A stretch of 64,000 nt of DNA, taken from contig JAZDQA010000001.1 of NCBI GenBank assembly GCA_043797085.1, positions 96,001-160,000 of the forward strand, given 5' to 3'. Each line of letters begins with the position of its first letter. Positions within the stretch are counted from its first letter, which is position 1. The notes below the pieces were generated by a model, which saw only the letters and a program-made list of their open reading frames with translations, did no database searches and was not told the DNA's origin. The DNA comes from Pseudomonadota bacterium. GTDB taxonomy: Bacteria; Campylobacterota; Campylobacteria; Campylobacterales; Sulfurimonadaceae. The translations under genes and the position numbers were made by a program. Below are positions 50,820 to 61,509 of this stretch, piece after piece.

Positions 50820-52364
50820 GTGAAAGATGTCAACATAATCGTTCTTGATTTCGGTTCCCAATACACTCAGCTCATTGCTCGTCGTTTACGCGAAGATAAA
50901 GTTTACTGTGAAGTGCTCCCGTACCACACTAAAATTGACGCGATTAAAGCAAAAAATCCGCAAGGGATTATCCTCAGTGGCGGTCCTTCATCGGTCTATA
51001 ATAAAGATGCGTATGAGGTAGATCAAGGGGTGTACGCTTTAGGTATTCCCGTTCTTGGTATTTGTTACGGTATGCAGCGTATTGCTGTCGACTTTGGCGG
51101 TTCAGTAATCCGAAGTGATCATCATGAATACGGTAAAGCTGAGCTTACGATCGATATGACACAACAGTCACCTTTGTTCGCACATTGTGAAGATGAGCGT
51201 GCTGTATGGATGAGCCATTCGGATAAAGTGGATGTTCTCCCTGAAGGCTTTGTTCCTATCGCCTATTCACCAAATTCTCCGTATGCAGCTATCGCTGATG
51301 AAGCGCGACAAGTATATGCAATGCAGTATCATCCTGAAGTGAACCACTCTGAAGAAGGGTATTTGATGCTCCGCAACTTTGCCCGTACCATTTGTGGTAT
51401 TACGGACAAATGGGATATGGGTCATTTCCTCAAAGAACAAATTGTCAAAATTCGTGCTCAAGTGGGTGAGGGGAAAGTCCTTTGTGCTCTTAGCGGCGGT
51501 GTTGATTCCTCTGTTGTTGCGGCACTTTTGTACGAAGCAATCGGTAATCAGTTGATTCCTGTATTTGTTGATAATGGTCTTTTGCGTAAAGGTGAACGTG
51601 AATCAGTCGAAAACATCTTTAAAGTTCACCTCAAAGTTCCTCTCGTCGTTGCTGATGCATCAGAGAATTTTTTGGGCAAGCTCGTAGGGGTTACTGATCC
51701 TGAGACGAAGCGTAAAATCATCGGGCATACGTTTATCGAAGTGTTTGAGCAAGAAGCGAAAAAACACGATGGCATCAAATTCTTGGCACAGGGTACATTG
51801 TATCCGGACGTTATCGAATCGGTTTCTGTCAATGGTCCATCTGTGACTATTAAATCGCATCACAACGTCGGCGGTCTTCCTGATTGGATGGATTTTGAGC
51901 TTATTGAGCCATTACGTGATTTGTTCAAAGATGAAGTCCGTAAACTCGGGCTTGAGCTTGGACTTCCTGATTATTTGGTTAATCGCCATCCGTTCCCAGG
52001 ACCTGGTTTGGGGATTCGCATCATGGGTGAAGTCAACAAAGACGATTTGTATATCCTTCGCGAAGCCGATGCGATTTTACTGGAAGAGCTAAAAGCAAGC
52101 GGATATTACAGCAAAACATGGCAGGCATTTGCAGTACTGCTTAATGTCAAAAGTGTTGGAGTTATGGGGGATAACCGTACGTATGATAACACCGTCTGTG
52201 TTCGTGTCGTCGAAGCCGTCGATGGTATGACAGCCACTTTCGCTCATCTTCCACACACACTGTTAGAACGTATCAGCCGTCGTATTATCAATGAAGTCAA
52301 TGGCATCAATCGTGTTGTTTATGACATCAGTTCCAAGCCTCCTGCTACAATCGAGTGGGAATAA
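50820..52364 (+). CDS. guaA: GMP synthase (glutamine-hydrolysing)
   Basis: [47 protein letters not shown] start. Confidence 0.97.
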   Translation: MKDVNIIVLDFGSQYTQLIARRLREDKVYCEVLPYHTKIDAIKAKNPQGIILSGGPSSVYNKDAYEVDQGVYALGIPVLGICYGMQRIAVDFGGSVIRSDHHEYGKAELTIDMTQQSPLFAHCEDERAVWMSHSDKVDVLPEGFVPIAYSPNSPYAAIADEARQVYAMQYHPEVNHSEEGYLMLRNFARTICGITDKWDMGHFLKEQIVKIRAQVGEGKVLCALSGGVDSSVVAALLYEAIGNQLIPVFVDNGLLRKGERESVENIFKVHLKVPLVVADASENFLGKLVGVTDPETKRKIIGHTFIEVFEQEAKKHDGIKFLAQGTLYPDVIESVSVNGPSVTIKSHHNVGGLPDWMDFELIEPLRDLFKDEVRKLGLELGLPDYLVNRHPFPGPGLGIRIMGEVNKDDLYILREADAILLEELKASGYYSKTWQAFAVLLNVKSVGVMGDNRTYDNTVCVRVVEAVDGMTATFAHLPHTLLERISRRIINEVNGINRVVYDISSKPPATIEWE

Positions 52365-52375
52365 AGGGTACGCGT

Positions 52376-53023
52376 TTGCGCCCCATCTATCTCATCTCTA
52401 AAACTTCATCCCATCAGAAGATGGGAGTCATTCATATTCCTATTCTCTCCATCCATTTTTTAACGCCTGATATTGATTTTAGTCTCTATGATGGGATTAT
52501 TGTTACGTCTAAACAAGGGGCTCTTGCGCTTAATCATTATTCGGTAAATTGGGAAAAACTTCAGGTTGTCTGTGTAGGTGAATCAACGACAGAGGCGATG
52601 AAGCAGCTGGGTGCCGTTCATATTGAAAGTGCAGCTGGATATGGTGAAACTATTTTTAATGTGCTGCGACAATACAAAGGAAAATGGCTCTACTGTCGTC
52701 CTAAAATGATTGCGTCTTCATGGCCGCAACGTGCTCGTGAAGCTGGTTTGATTATCGATGAGGTGATTATCTATGAGACAACGTGCAATGAAGCCATGAA
52801 GCAGAAAGAGCTTGAGGATAATGGTGTGCTGATTTTTACCTCTCCATCGAGTATTGAATGTTTTCTGCAAAAATATCTTTTTAAACCTACGCACGACATT
52901 GTAGTTATTGGAAAAACGACACAAAATGCTTTGCCATTGGGGATTAAGTCAACTCTTAGTGAGACAACAAGCGTAGAATCCTGCGTAGAAAAAGCACGAG
53001 AATTAAGCTTTTTGAGGTTATAA
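52376..53023 (+). CDS. hemD: Uroporphyrinogen-III synthase
   Basis: IVTSKQG, CVGEST, IYET, IFTSPSS, IGKTT; start probably TTG 52376. Confidence 0.88.
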   Translation: MRPIYLISKTSSHQKMGVIHIPILSIHFLTPDIDFSLYDGIIVTSKQGALALNHYSVNWEKLQVVCVGESTTEAMKQLGAVHIESAAGYGETIFNVLRQYKGKWLYCRPKMIASSWPQRAREAGLIIDEVIIYETTCNEAMKQKELEDNGVLIFTSPSSIECFLQKYLFKPTHDIVVIGKTTQNALPLGIKSTLSETTSVESCVEKARELSFLRL

Positions 53024-53029
53024 TTATTA

Positions 53030-53222
53030 ACTCTGGGCGCAGCGAGTAACCGCAATATGAGGGTTCTACATATACAACTAGTCACATCCGTAGACGTTTC
53101 GGTGTGTCGGTGGTCTTGTTTGAGCGTGTAAACGTGAGAGATTGCCGCCGGAAGAAATGCTCGATGTGGCGCAATTACAGCTTTGAAGAACCAAAGCTAC
53201 TGCGAAACGCCCGCCTGGGCTT
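53030..53222 (+). ncRNA. ssrS: 6S RNA (the Campylobacterota 'purD motif')
   Basis: About 190 nt upstream of purD; TATAAT at 53019; ends pair (GGGCG 53035 with CGCCC 53208; GCGAGTA with TACTGC); followed by a T-run; this position is established for epsilonproteobacterial 6S. Confidence 0.75.
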
Positions 53223-53237
53223 TTACTTTTGATTTGT

Positions 53238-53306
53238 CGATAGAGGAACTTGTCCCTCCATCTACGCTAGCCGCTTGGGCTACTGAAGCTGACTTCTAAC
53301 GAAGCA
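53238..53306 (-). repeat. Structured intergenic repeat, family 1
   Basis: Minus strand: hairpin CTTC-GTTA-GAAG, core AGCTTCAGTAGCCCAAGCGGCTAGCGTAG, hairpin GATGGAGGGAC-AA-GTTCCTCTATC. Confidence 0.7.
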
Positions 53307-53381
53307 GATTTAAAATTTACTTTATTTAAAAATCCATTGGGGCTTTTAGATGAGAGAATCAACTATTTTTTGGGGCAATAT

Positions 53382-54650
53382 ATGAACATAATGATAATCG
53401 GCAGCGGCGGACGTGAATTTTCGATTGGACGGGTATTAAAACAAGACCCTGAGGTTGCCAATCTTTATTTTACTCCCGGTAATGGCGCAACCACAATGCT
53501 GGGTGAAAACGTTGCCATCAAAGATTATGAAGAATTGGCGCAATTTGCAGTGGATAATGCGATTGATTTAACCATCGTAGGTCCTGAAGGTCCATTGACC
53601 GATGGAGTTGTCGATATTTTTAAAGCGCGCGGATTGGTCATTTTTGGTCCATCCAAAGCCGCTGCACAGCTTGAGGGTTCGAAAGTTTACATGAAAAACT
53701 TTTTGGCTAAATACAATATTCCAACCGCTCGTTATATCGAAACGGCTCATATCGGTGATGCATTTAAATTTATTGAGTCTCTTACGGCTCCTATCGTAGT
53801 TAAAGCCGATGGATTATGTGCAGGTAAGGGTGTCATTATTGCACAGAGTCACGATGAAGCCAAAGTAGCCGTGTCGGAAATGCTCAGTGGAAAATCATTC
53901 GGAGATGCAGGTTTGCGCGTCATTATCGAAGAATTTTTGGACGGCTATGAACTCTCCATGTTTGCACTTTGTGATGGAAAAGATTTTATTCTCCTCCCTG
54001 CCGCGCAAGATCATAAACGTCTTTTAGATGGCGATGAAGGTCCAAATACGGGTGGTATGGGTGCATATGCTCCGACACCGCTCGTCGATGAGATAATTTA
54101 CGAAAAAGTTAAAGAACGGGTAATTCGTCCGACACTATTAGGAATGCAACAAGAGGGAGCACCTTTTGAAGGGGTTCTTTTTATCGGGATTATGGTGGTG
54201 AACGGTGAGCCTATTACGCTCGAATTTAACGTTCGTTTCGGTGATCCGGAGTGCGAGATTTTGATGCCACTACTCAAAACTCCTGCTCGTGAACTGTTTT
54301 ACAAAGCGGCAACCAAACAGCTGGATACGCTTAACGTCGAGTTTCACGATAAATATGCCGTCGGTGTAGTGATGGCAAGTAAAAACTATCCTTTTGACAA
54401 CTCAGTTCCTGCTGAAATCGTGGTGGATGAGATTCATCATGATGAGATCGCTCAAAATACCCATATAGCCTACGCAGGTGTGAGCGAAGAAGATGGAAAA
54501 CTCTATGCTAATGGCGGACGAGTGCTGGTGTGCGTCGGTGTGGGCGAGAGCATCAAGCAAGCACGTGATCGTGCCTATATGCTCTGCGGTCAAGTTCATT
54601 TTGCTGGTAAAAAACTTCGCACTGACATTGCATATCAAGCGTTGCGTTAA
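53382..54650 (+). CDS. purD: Phosphoribosylamine-glycine ligase
   Basis: [44 protein letters not shown]; start ATG 53382. Confidence 0.97.
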   Translation: MNIMIIGSGGREFSIGRVLKQDPEVANLYFTPGNGATTMLGENVAIKDYEELAQFAVDNAIDLTIVGPEGPLTDGVVDIFKARGLVIFGPSKAAAQLEGSKVYMKNFLAKYNIPTARYIETAHIGDAFKFIESLTAPIVVKADGLCAGKGVIIAQSHDEAKVAVSEMLSGKSFGDAGLRVIIEEFLDGYELSMFALCDGKDFILLPAAQDHKRLLDGDEGPNTGGMGAYAPTPLVDEIIYEKVKERVIRPTLLGMQQEGAPFEGVLFIGIMVVNGEPITLEFNVRFGDPECEILMPLLKTPARELFYKAATKQLDTLNVEFHDKYAVGVVMASKNYPFDNSVPAEIVVDEIHHDEIAQNTHIAYAGVSEEDGKLYANGGRVLVCVGVGESIKQARDRAYMLCGQVHFAGKKLRTDIAYQALR

Positions 54651-55099
54651 TGAATAACGACATCGAAAACCTCCTTAGCCGGGAAAAATTAGAACTGGCA
54701 AGCATTCGCTCTCGTGCAGCGGCATTTGGGATTGATGAAGTGCTGTTATCGGTGATCTTGTTTGCCATTTTATGGGATTCTATTTCCAAAGCTACGACCG
54801 TTGAAGATATGATTTTAATCGTCAATACGTTTATTTTAGAATACATGGCGATTAAAATACTTTACCAAACGTTTTTTACCATGCAGTACGGAGCAACACT
54901 TGGCAAGATTGTGATGAAAATACGGGTTATTGAGATTAAAACATTGTCAAATCCGGGATTTTTGAGTGCATTTAATCGATCGGTATTTCGAGTGGTGAGT
55001 GAGATTCTTTTTTATCTTGGGTTTGCGTGGGCTTTTTTTGACCCTTATCGTAGATCTTGGCATGATCTTAGCGCACGGACTTTGGTTATTGATGCCTAA
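54650..55099 (+). CDS. RDD family membrane protein
   Basis: LAS..SRAAAFGID, GATLGK..MKIRV, WHD...RTLV. Confidence 0.88.
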   Translation: MNNDIENLLSREKLELASIRSRAAAFGIDEVLLSVILFAILWDSISKATTVEDMILIVNTFILEYMAIKILYQTFFTMQYGATLGKIVMKIRVIEIKTLSNPGFLSAFNRSVFRVVSEILFYLGFAWAFFDPYRRSWHDLSARTLVIDA

Positions 55100-57221
55100 A
55101 CTCGTACTGCTTAGCATCATAAGTGCAAGCATATTACTCGGTGGAGAGCGCATTGAGATTATTGCTTCTCAAGTGGATGTAAACGGTTCGATAGTCCATT
55201 CAACGACATATCCAACTCTCATTTATCAAGATCAGATTTTAAGTGCGGAAACGATGACCTACGACCGTAATAGCAGCGTCGTGGAGGCTTTTGGTCAGGT
55301 TAACGCGTTTAAAGCAGGACAATATCATGCAATCAGTGAGTATTCACGATTAAATCTCGAAGAAGAGACCCGTTATTTGAAGCCTTATTACGCACTTGAT
55401 ACCAATAGTGGCGTTTGGATGAGTACGGATGAGGCAACAGGATGTCAAAATAATATTGATTTAGCGAACGGGATGGTATCGGGATGCGATTCCACGGATC
55501 CTCTTTGGACAATCCGTTTTAGCAGTGCTGATTACAATACGGAAAATATGTGGGTTAATATTTACAATGCCCTGCTGTACATCGATGATGTTCCCGTTAT
55601 GTATTTTCCTTATTTTGGATACCCTACTGATAAAACACGCCGAAGCGGATTGCTTATGCCTTCTTTTGGAATTTCCAGTTCGGAAGGATTGTATTACGAG
55701 CAGCCTATTTACTGGGCACCTACCAACTGGTTTGATGCTGATTTTCGTCCACAAATTCGTACCTCACGCGGTTCTGGAATCTATACAGACATGAGATTTG
55801 TTGATAGCTCCTCATCAAAAGGTTCCATCAAGTTTGGATATTTTAAAGAGCAGGCTGACTACGCACAAAAATACGACTTGGCGCACAATCAGCATTATGG
55901 ATTTGCTCTTGATTATCGCCATAACGATTTTTTAAAAAATTGGTTTGGTGTTGATTTGGATGGGGAATCTGGATTGTATCTTAATGGTTCTTGGATGAAT
56001 GACGTTGATTATCTCAATTTACAAGAAAGCGATGAAACCCAAAACGTTACGGATAATCAAATTTTCTCTCGTATCAATGGATATTACAGCAGTGAGGACA
56101 ATTATATCGGAGCTTATTTTAAATATTATCAATATTTAGATCCGAATATTGACAATAAGCAAACACTTCAAACCCTTCCAGCCCTTCAATATCACCGATA
56201 TTTAGAGAATTTTTTTGATAATCATTTGCTTGCAAGTGGTGATATTCAGGCGAGTAATTTCTATCGTCCTGATGGTAAACGAGCGATTCAAGCGGATATT
56301 AATGTCCCCGTGACATTGCAAACGAGTTTGTTTAATGAGTATTTGGATGCAAGCTATACCGCTAATGCAGCGACACGGGCAATCAGTTTTTACGGTAATG
56401 CTAAAACCGGTGAAAATGACAGTGCATACCCGTCAGGATACTATGCGCAGCTTGACCATACCCTTTCATTGGGGACAACGTTGGTGCGCCCTTACGAAAC
56501 GATGACGCATGTTATTTCTCCCAATATTAGTTACAGTAAAGCAGGAACCCGTCTCTATAATGGATATTATGCAAATCGCCAAGGGCAGTGTAGTTCTACC
56601 ACAGTATATCCGTGTGAATTTTATACGTTAAATGAACCAAGTGATGGACTTTCATTGGGTCTGAACAACTTTTTATTTGAAGATGGAAAACAATGGCTCG
56701 TAGATAGACTGAGCCAAAACTTTCGTTATGATGACACGGGAAGCTATTATGGAGAGTTGCAAAACGAGCTGGAATGGCAAATTACCTCAGCTATTTCGTA
56801 TTATAATCAAACTTCATACAATCATGATCGTAACCGAATTACGAAAGAGCAAAATACTCTTCGCTATAATGACAGTATCATAAACGGGAGTGTTAGCAAT
56901 TATTATACCGATCAGCTTGGAAAAATCCCACAATACGCATCGTATTGGACGGCAGATTTAGCCTATCAGTACAATCGATATACTAAAGTTTTTGGTCTTG
57001 TCGCATACGATAATCAGGAAGCTTTGTTAAAGCGAAGTGAAGCAGGTTTTCTCTATACGCAGCGATGTTTTGACTTTGGGCTTAGATTTGTTCAGAATCG
57101 TCGCCCGATTTTGACCAATACAACGGGGAGTGATTCAGTGGATGACTCTTATGTTTTCATTACCGTTATTTTAAAGCCATTGGGCGGTTCTGAATTTAAC
57201 TATAAACTTACCAAAAATTAA
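55092..57221 (+). CDS. lptD: LPS assembly protein LptD
   Basis: SGC..DPLW, VPVMYFPY, RRSGLLMP, C-terminal barrel with Y.QRCF; start ATG 55092. Confidence 0.88.
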   Translation: MPKLVLLSIISASILLGGERIEIIASQVDVNGSIVHSTTYPTLIYQDQILSAETMTYDRNSSVVEAFGQVNAFKAGQYHAISEYSRLNLEEETRYLKPYYALDTNSGVWMSTDEATGCQNNIDLANGMVSGCDSTDPLWTIRFSSADYNTENMWVNIYNALLYIDDVPVMYFPYFGYPTDKTRRSGLLMPSFGISSSEGLYYEQPIYWAPTNWFDADFRPQIRTSRGSGIYTDMRFVDSSSSKGSIKFGYFKEQADYAQKYDLAHNQHYGFALDYRHNDFLKNWFGVDLDGESGLYLNGSWMNDVDYLNLQESDETQNVTDNQIFSRINGYYSSEDNYIGAYFKYYQYLDPNIDNKQTLQTLPALQYHRYLENFFDNHLLASGDIQASNFYRPDGKRAIQADINVPVTLQTSLFNEYLDASYTANAATRAISFYGNAKTGENDSAYPSGYYAQLDHTLSLGTTLVRPYETMTHVISPNISYSKAGTRLYNGYYANRQGQCSSTTVYPCEFYTLNEPSDGLSLGLNNFLFEDGKQWLVDRLSQNFRYDDTGSYYGELQNELEWQITSAISYYNQTSYNHDRNRITKEQNTLRYNDSIINGSVSNYYTDQLGKIPQYASYWTADLAYQYNRYTKVFGLVAYDNQEALLKRSEAGFLYTQRCFDFGLRFVQNRRPILTNTTGSDSVDDSYVFITVILKPLGGSEFNYKLTKN

Positions 57222-57231
57222 TGAGGGCAAG

Positions 57232-58629
57232 ATGAAACTAGAAGCAAAAATCGGATTGTTTGTTGCAGTGGCTCTTGGGGCACTTTTGTTGTTGTCAACA
57301 CAAGTGACCTCGCTTGGAAAATGGGGTCAAAAAGGGTACCCGATTGAAGCGTATGTGGATGATGCCTCAGGGATAGAACAACAGACGCACGTTGCGATGA
57401 ACGGGGTTGTCATTGGTGCAGTAGAGGCAATTACCATCGAGAAAAAGCAGGTACGTTTAACCTTATTGATTAATGAAGGTATTTTGATACCGGATGATTC
57501 ATCGGTTATTGTCGCGCAAGAATCACTTTTGGGATCCAAAGTTTTGAATATCGTAGCCGGTGATTCCTCTTCAAATCTTGTCGAAGGCGGTGTTTTAGTA
57601 CAATCAAAACAGTATGCCTCATTCGATCAAACCAGTGATTCGGTCAATGCTGCAGCAAAAGAGCTTGAGTTGTTAATGCATGATTTCCGTTCAACCCTCG
57701 ATGACGAGCACCGTAAAGCGATCCAAGATGCCATAATCGCATTTAGAGATGTTGGGGTTAACCTAAACGGAGTTGTTGTTGATAATCGCGAAGAACTGCA
57801 TGCAGCCATTGCAAATTTTAAAGCCATGAGTGCAGGATTTTCTCAAACAGCCAATACGGTTAATAAAGATTTGCCTGAAATCATGGAACGGATTAGTTCA
57901 TTGACGATGAGAATGAATAATATCAGCGGTGCCGTTGAAGATTCCGTTCCGGAAGCTGTCAATAAATTTGTTGCTATTGAAGACAATATTAGTGCTATTT
58001 TAGCTGAAAATCGTTCCCCTTTGAAATCGACCGTTACATCGGCTGAGTTGTTCTTTAAAAGCGGTGAGGAAGCATTCTCGAAAGTGGATACGCTTCTAAG
58101 TACGTTTACAACCAGTGAATTACAAGTAGCGATGCACAGCGATTATATGATTCGCGACGGATATGCAAAAATTTATCTAGGGGCTACGTATCTTCCGAAT
58201 CCGGAAACGTATTATATGTTTGATTTGGTCAGTACGGATGATTATTCGATAGCGAATGTACTTCCGGCGGTACATAGCGAAGGACAAACCTATATTTCCG
58301 CACAATACGGAAAACGTTTTGATAATACATTGCTGCGCTTCGGTGCCATTGAGTCAACGGGCGGAATCGGAATCGATTATTTTATGAATCATGATAAAGT
58401 GAAATTCTCAGGAGAGGTTTTTGATTGGAATGCCATCAATGATGTTCGTGGAACAAGCCCGCATCTTAAGGCACAAGTGCGGTATCAAATGCTCAAACAT
58501 TTGGAATTATATGGGGGATGGGATAATTTCCTTAATCCTCAATCGCAAAATATCTTTATGGGGCTAGGACTTCGTTTTATCGATAATAACATTAAGTATC
58601 TATCTGGCGCGTCATCGTTAGCAAAATAA
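57232..58629 (+). CDS. MlaD/MCE family protein
   Basis: EAKIGLFV TM; DASGI...V.MNGVVIGAV MCE domain; SLLGSK; coiled coil; C-terminal beta-rich region. Confidence 0.88.
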   Translation: MKLEAKIGLFVAVALGALLLLSTQVTSLGKWGQKGYPIEAYVDDASGIEQQTHVAMNGVVIGAVEAITIEKKQVRLTLLINEGILIPDDSSVIVAQESLLGSKVLNIVAGDSSSNLVEGGVLVQSKQYASFDQTSDSVNAAAKELELLMHDFRSTLDDEHRKAIQDAIIAFRDVGVNLNGVVVDNREELHAAIANFKAMSAGFSQTANTVNKDLPEIMERISSLTMRMNNISGAVEDSVPEAVNKFVAIEDNISAILAENRSPLKSTVTSAELFFKSGEEAFSKVDTLLSTFTTSELQVAMHSDYMIRDGYAKIYLGATYLPNPETYYMFDLVSTDDYSIANVLPAVHSEGQTYISAQYGKRFDNTLLRFGAIESTGGIGIDYFMNHDKVKFSGEVFDWNAINDVRGTSPHLKAQVRYQMLKHLELYGGWDNFLNPQSQNIFMGLGLRFIDNNIKYLSGASSLAK

Positions 58630-58654
58630 AACATTTTAATTTTTAAGGGAATAC

Positions 58655-60832
58655 ATGAAATACGATATTACATTGGCATTAACCAATAAAGAAGAGTCTT
58701 ACGCTCTTAACCAAGTAGCGGCGCAAGCCAATGGAGCGGTATGGCTCAAATCAGGAAATACCGTTATTTTGGCAACGGTGGTTGTCGATGAGACTGATTT
58801 TGTGGATGAGGATTTTCTCCCATTGACGGTTCAATATCTGGAAAAAAGCTATGCAGCGGGTAAGTTTCCGGGTGGATTTATCAAACGCGAAACCAAACCA
58901 AGCGATTTTGAAGCACTTACATCTCGTATTGTAGATCGCTCGTTACGCCCATTGTTTCCAAAAGGATTTGCCAACCCGATTCAAATTTCTATTTTGGTTT
59001 TGAGCAGTGACAATGAATCCGATTTGCAAGTATTGGCTCTTAACGCCGCATCGGCAGCCTTGTATCTCTCTGATATTGATATTTTTACCTCGGTAAGTGC
59101 TGTGCGTATTGGTAAGATTGATGGAGAAATCATTGTCAATCCGACTTTATCGCAGTTAAAGCAAAGTACTTTAGATTTGTATCTTGCAGGTAGTCGTGAT
59201 GATATGCTGATGATTGAGATGCAAGCCAATGGAAGTGATGAGGTTATGATTCTTGATATGGGAGCAGTTGAGCCTTTTATCGATCCTGTTCTTACAAATC
59301 AAACGTTATTAAAGCGTCAAAGTAACGCAATGGCAGAAGATGAGTTGATCGAAGTATTGGCGTTGGCACAAGCCGAGCTCAAAACAGCGAATACAGCTTA
59401 CGAGCACGCCTTTAAACCACTTGCTAAATTTGCGTTCGAATTAAAATATGTTGTGAGTGAAATCGATGCAACAATGTCTGAGTATGTACGTTCGACTCAT
59501 ACCGATGATTTGAAACGCGGTATCGCTGCAATGGCAAAAACAGAGCGTTCAAAAGCTCTTCGTACTATCCGTAAAACCATTATGGTTGAAAAGCCGGAGT
59601 GGAATGAACATGAGTTGAAAAAGGCGATAGAGCAAGTCAAACGCTCGATGGTACGTGCTCAGATCTTGGATGAAAAAGTTCGTGCTGACGGACGTGCCCT
59701 TAACGAAGTTCGCCCCATCACAATCGAAACCAATATTTTACCAAGTGCTCACGCTTCGGCATTGTTTACTCGCGGACAAACGCAAGCATTGGTGATTTTG
59801 ACCCTTGGCGGTGCTAAAGATGCTCAAATGTACGAGGGACTCACCGACAGTGGGACTCAAAATGATGCCTTTATGGTTCATTACAACTTTCCGGGATTTA
59901 GTGTTGGAGAGCCTTCACCTATTGGTGCACCTCGCCGTCGTGAACTGGGTCATGGAAATCTTGCAAAACGTGCTCTTGAAGGTTCTACTGTACGTAATGG
60001 TCAAACGATTCGTCTGGTATCAGAGATTTTAGAGTCCAATGGTTCATCCTCAATGGCAACAGTATGTGGTGGCTACATGGCACTTCGTGCAGGAGATATC
60101 GAGGTGTGTGAGCCTATTGCCGGCGTTGCAATGGGTATGGTTCAAGAAGGAGATCGTCACGCTATTTTGAGCGATATTATGGGACTGGAAGATCATGACG
60201 GCGATTTGGATTTTAAAGTAACGGGCTCTAAGTTTGGTATCACTGCAATGCAAATGGACATTAAACTGGGTGGAATTGCGTTGGATATTTTACGTGAAGC
60301 GCTTTATCAAGCTAAAGAGGCGCGAGCTCATATCATTGATATTATGATCGATGCAGAAAAAAGTATTGAACTGAACGAAGGGACATTACCAAGTACTGAG
60401 TTGTTCCATATTGACCCAAGCTTTATAGGTGATATTATCGGTCAAGCGGGCAAAACCATTCGTGAGATTATCGAAAAATTTGACGTAGCAATCGATATCG
60501 ATAAGAAAAAAGGATCGGTTAAGCTTACAGGTAAAAATCGTGATGGGATCAAAGGTGCTCGTGATCACATCGAGGGTATCGTAAGCGGAATAGAGTCTAC
60601 CCCTAAAGTCGAATACAAAGTAGGCGATGTCGTTAACGGAAAAGTGAAAAAAATCGTTGATTTTGGAGCATTTATTGAGCTTCCAGGCGGTATCGACGGT
60701 CTTATGCACATCTCTAAGATTTCCGATGAGCGTGTTGAACGTGTCAGTGATGTGTTTAAAGAAGGGGATGAGCTTATGGTAGAAATCGTCGAATTCAAAG
60801 GAAATAAGATAGGTTTGGGTCGGGCTAAGTAA
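58655..60832 (+). CDS. pnp: Polyribonucleotide nucleotidyltransferase
   Basis: DFLPLTVQY, FTRGQTQ, RRELGHG, ESNGSSSMA, EDHDGDLDFK, KH and S1 domains. Confidence 0.97.
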   Translation: MKYDITLALTNKEESYALNQVAAQANGAVWLKSGNTVILATVVVDETDFVDEDFLPLTVQYLEKSYAAGKFPGGFIKRETKPSDFEALTSRIVDRSLRPLFPKGFANPIQISILVLSSDNESDLQVLALNAASAALYLSDIDIFTSVSAVRIGKIDGEIIVNPTLSQLKQSTLDLYLAGSRDDMLMIEMQANGSDEVMILDMGAVEPFIDPVLTNQTLLKRQSNAMAEDELIEVLALAQAELKTANTAYEHAFKPLAKFAFELKYVVSEIDATMSEYVRSTHTDDLKRGIAAMAKTERSKALRTIRKTIMVEKPEWNEHELKKAIEQVKRSMVRAQILDEKVRADGRALNEVRPITIETNILPSAHASALFTRGQTQALVILTLGGAKDAQMYEGLTDSGTQNDAFMVHYNFPGFSVGEPSPIGAPRRRELGHGNLAKRALEGSTVRNGQTIRLVSEILESNGSSSMATVCGGYMALRAGDIEVCEPIAGVAMGMVQEGDRHAILSDIMGLEDHDGDLDFKVTGSKFGITAMQMDIKLGGIALDILREALYQAKEARAHIIDIMIDAEKSIELNEGTLPSTELFHIDPSFIGDIIGQAGKTIREIIEKFDVAIDIDKKKGSVKLTGKNRDGIKGARDHIEGIVSGIESTPKVEYKVGDVVNGKVKKIVDFGAFIELPGGIDGLMHISKISDERVERVSDVFKEGDELMVEIVEFKGNKIGLGRAK

Positions 60833-60925
60833 GTTTTTAGCTCTTTAGTTTTACAATGCCGTCCACAAAGTGATAAGTAGGGACACTATCCGAACAGACT
60901 TTGATATTAATTACGGAGATAACCT

Positions 60926-61303
60926 ATGAAAAAAGTTCTTTTTCTTATGATCGCTCTTGTTGCTTCAGTATTTGGTGCTGAAGAAGCAGTAGCTGTTGTT
61001 GAAGCGGCTGTTGATGCTGCACCTGCTGCTGCGCCAGTTGTTGCTGACGTTGCTAACCAAACATTGAAAGCGTATTCTATGATCGCTGCTGGTGTTGGTC
61101 TTGGTTTAGCTGCTCTTGGTGGAGCTATCGGTATGGGTAGCACTGCTGCTGCAACTATCGCTGGTACTGCACGTAACCCAGGCCTTGGCGGAAAATTGAT
61201 GACAACTATGTTCATCGCTCTTGCTATGATCGAAGCACAAGTTATTTATACCCTAGTAATCGCTCTTATCGCGCTTTACGCAAATCCTTATTTAGTAGCG
61301 TAA
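60926..61303 (+). CDS. atpE: F0F1 ATP synthase subunit c with N-terminal extension
   Basis: GLGLAALGGAIGMG, ARNPG, AMIEAQVIY. Confidence 0.95.
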   Translation: MKKVLFLMIALVASVFGAEEAVAVVEAAVDAAPAAAPVVADVANQTLKAYSMIAAGVGLGLAALGGAIGMGSTAAATIAGTARNPGLGGKLMTTMFIALAMIEAQVIYTLVIALIALYANPYLVA

Positions 61304-61321
61304 GTTACTCAATAAACCTCA

Positions 61322-61348
61322 GATTAGCTTCGGCTAATCACCTTTTTT
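61322..61348 (+). terminator. Terminator-like hairpin after atpE
   Basis: GATTAGC-TTCG-GCTAATC followed by ACC and a T6 run. Confidence 0.65.
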
Positions 61349-61350
61349 CT

Positions 61351-61434
61351 GCGGACGTGGTGGAATGGTAGACACGCTACCTTGAGGTGGTAGTGCCAAC
61401 AGGTGTGGGGGTTCAAATCCCCCCGTCCGCACCA
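61351..61434 (+). tRNA. tRNA-Leu (anticodon GAG)
   Basis: Acceptor GCGGACG/CGTCCGC-A-CCA; anticodon arm CTACC-TTGAGGT-GGTAG; long variable arm; GTTCAAATC T-loop. Confidence 0.95.
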
Positions 61435-61509
61435 TCTTTACTCTTTAACCCCCTAAAATAGCCACTTTCAAAGCCTTTATCTAAAACCACTAAAAACCCC
61501 CATACACCC

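Noticed and set aside
53030..53310. tmRNA, RNase P RNA or a riboswitch upstream of purD
   Set aside because: No tRNA-like GGGG..CCA ends or tag ORF and no RNase P GAGGAAAGTCC motif; size, end-pairing and position fit 6S RNA
60907..61215. 102-aa antisense ORF, and the many other shadow ORFs in the track
   Set aside because: They lie opposite or within well-supported genes and have no recognisable motifs; explained by codon bias
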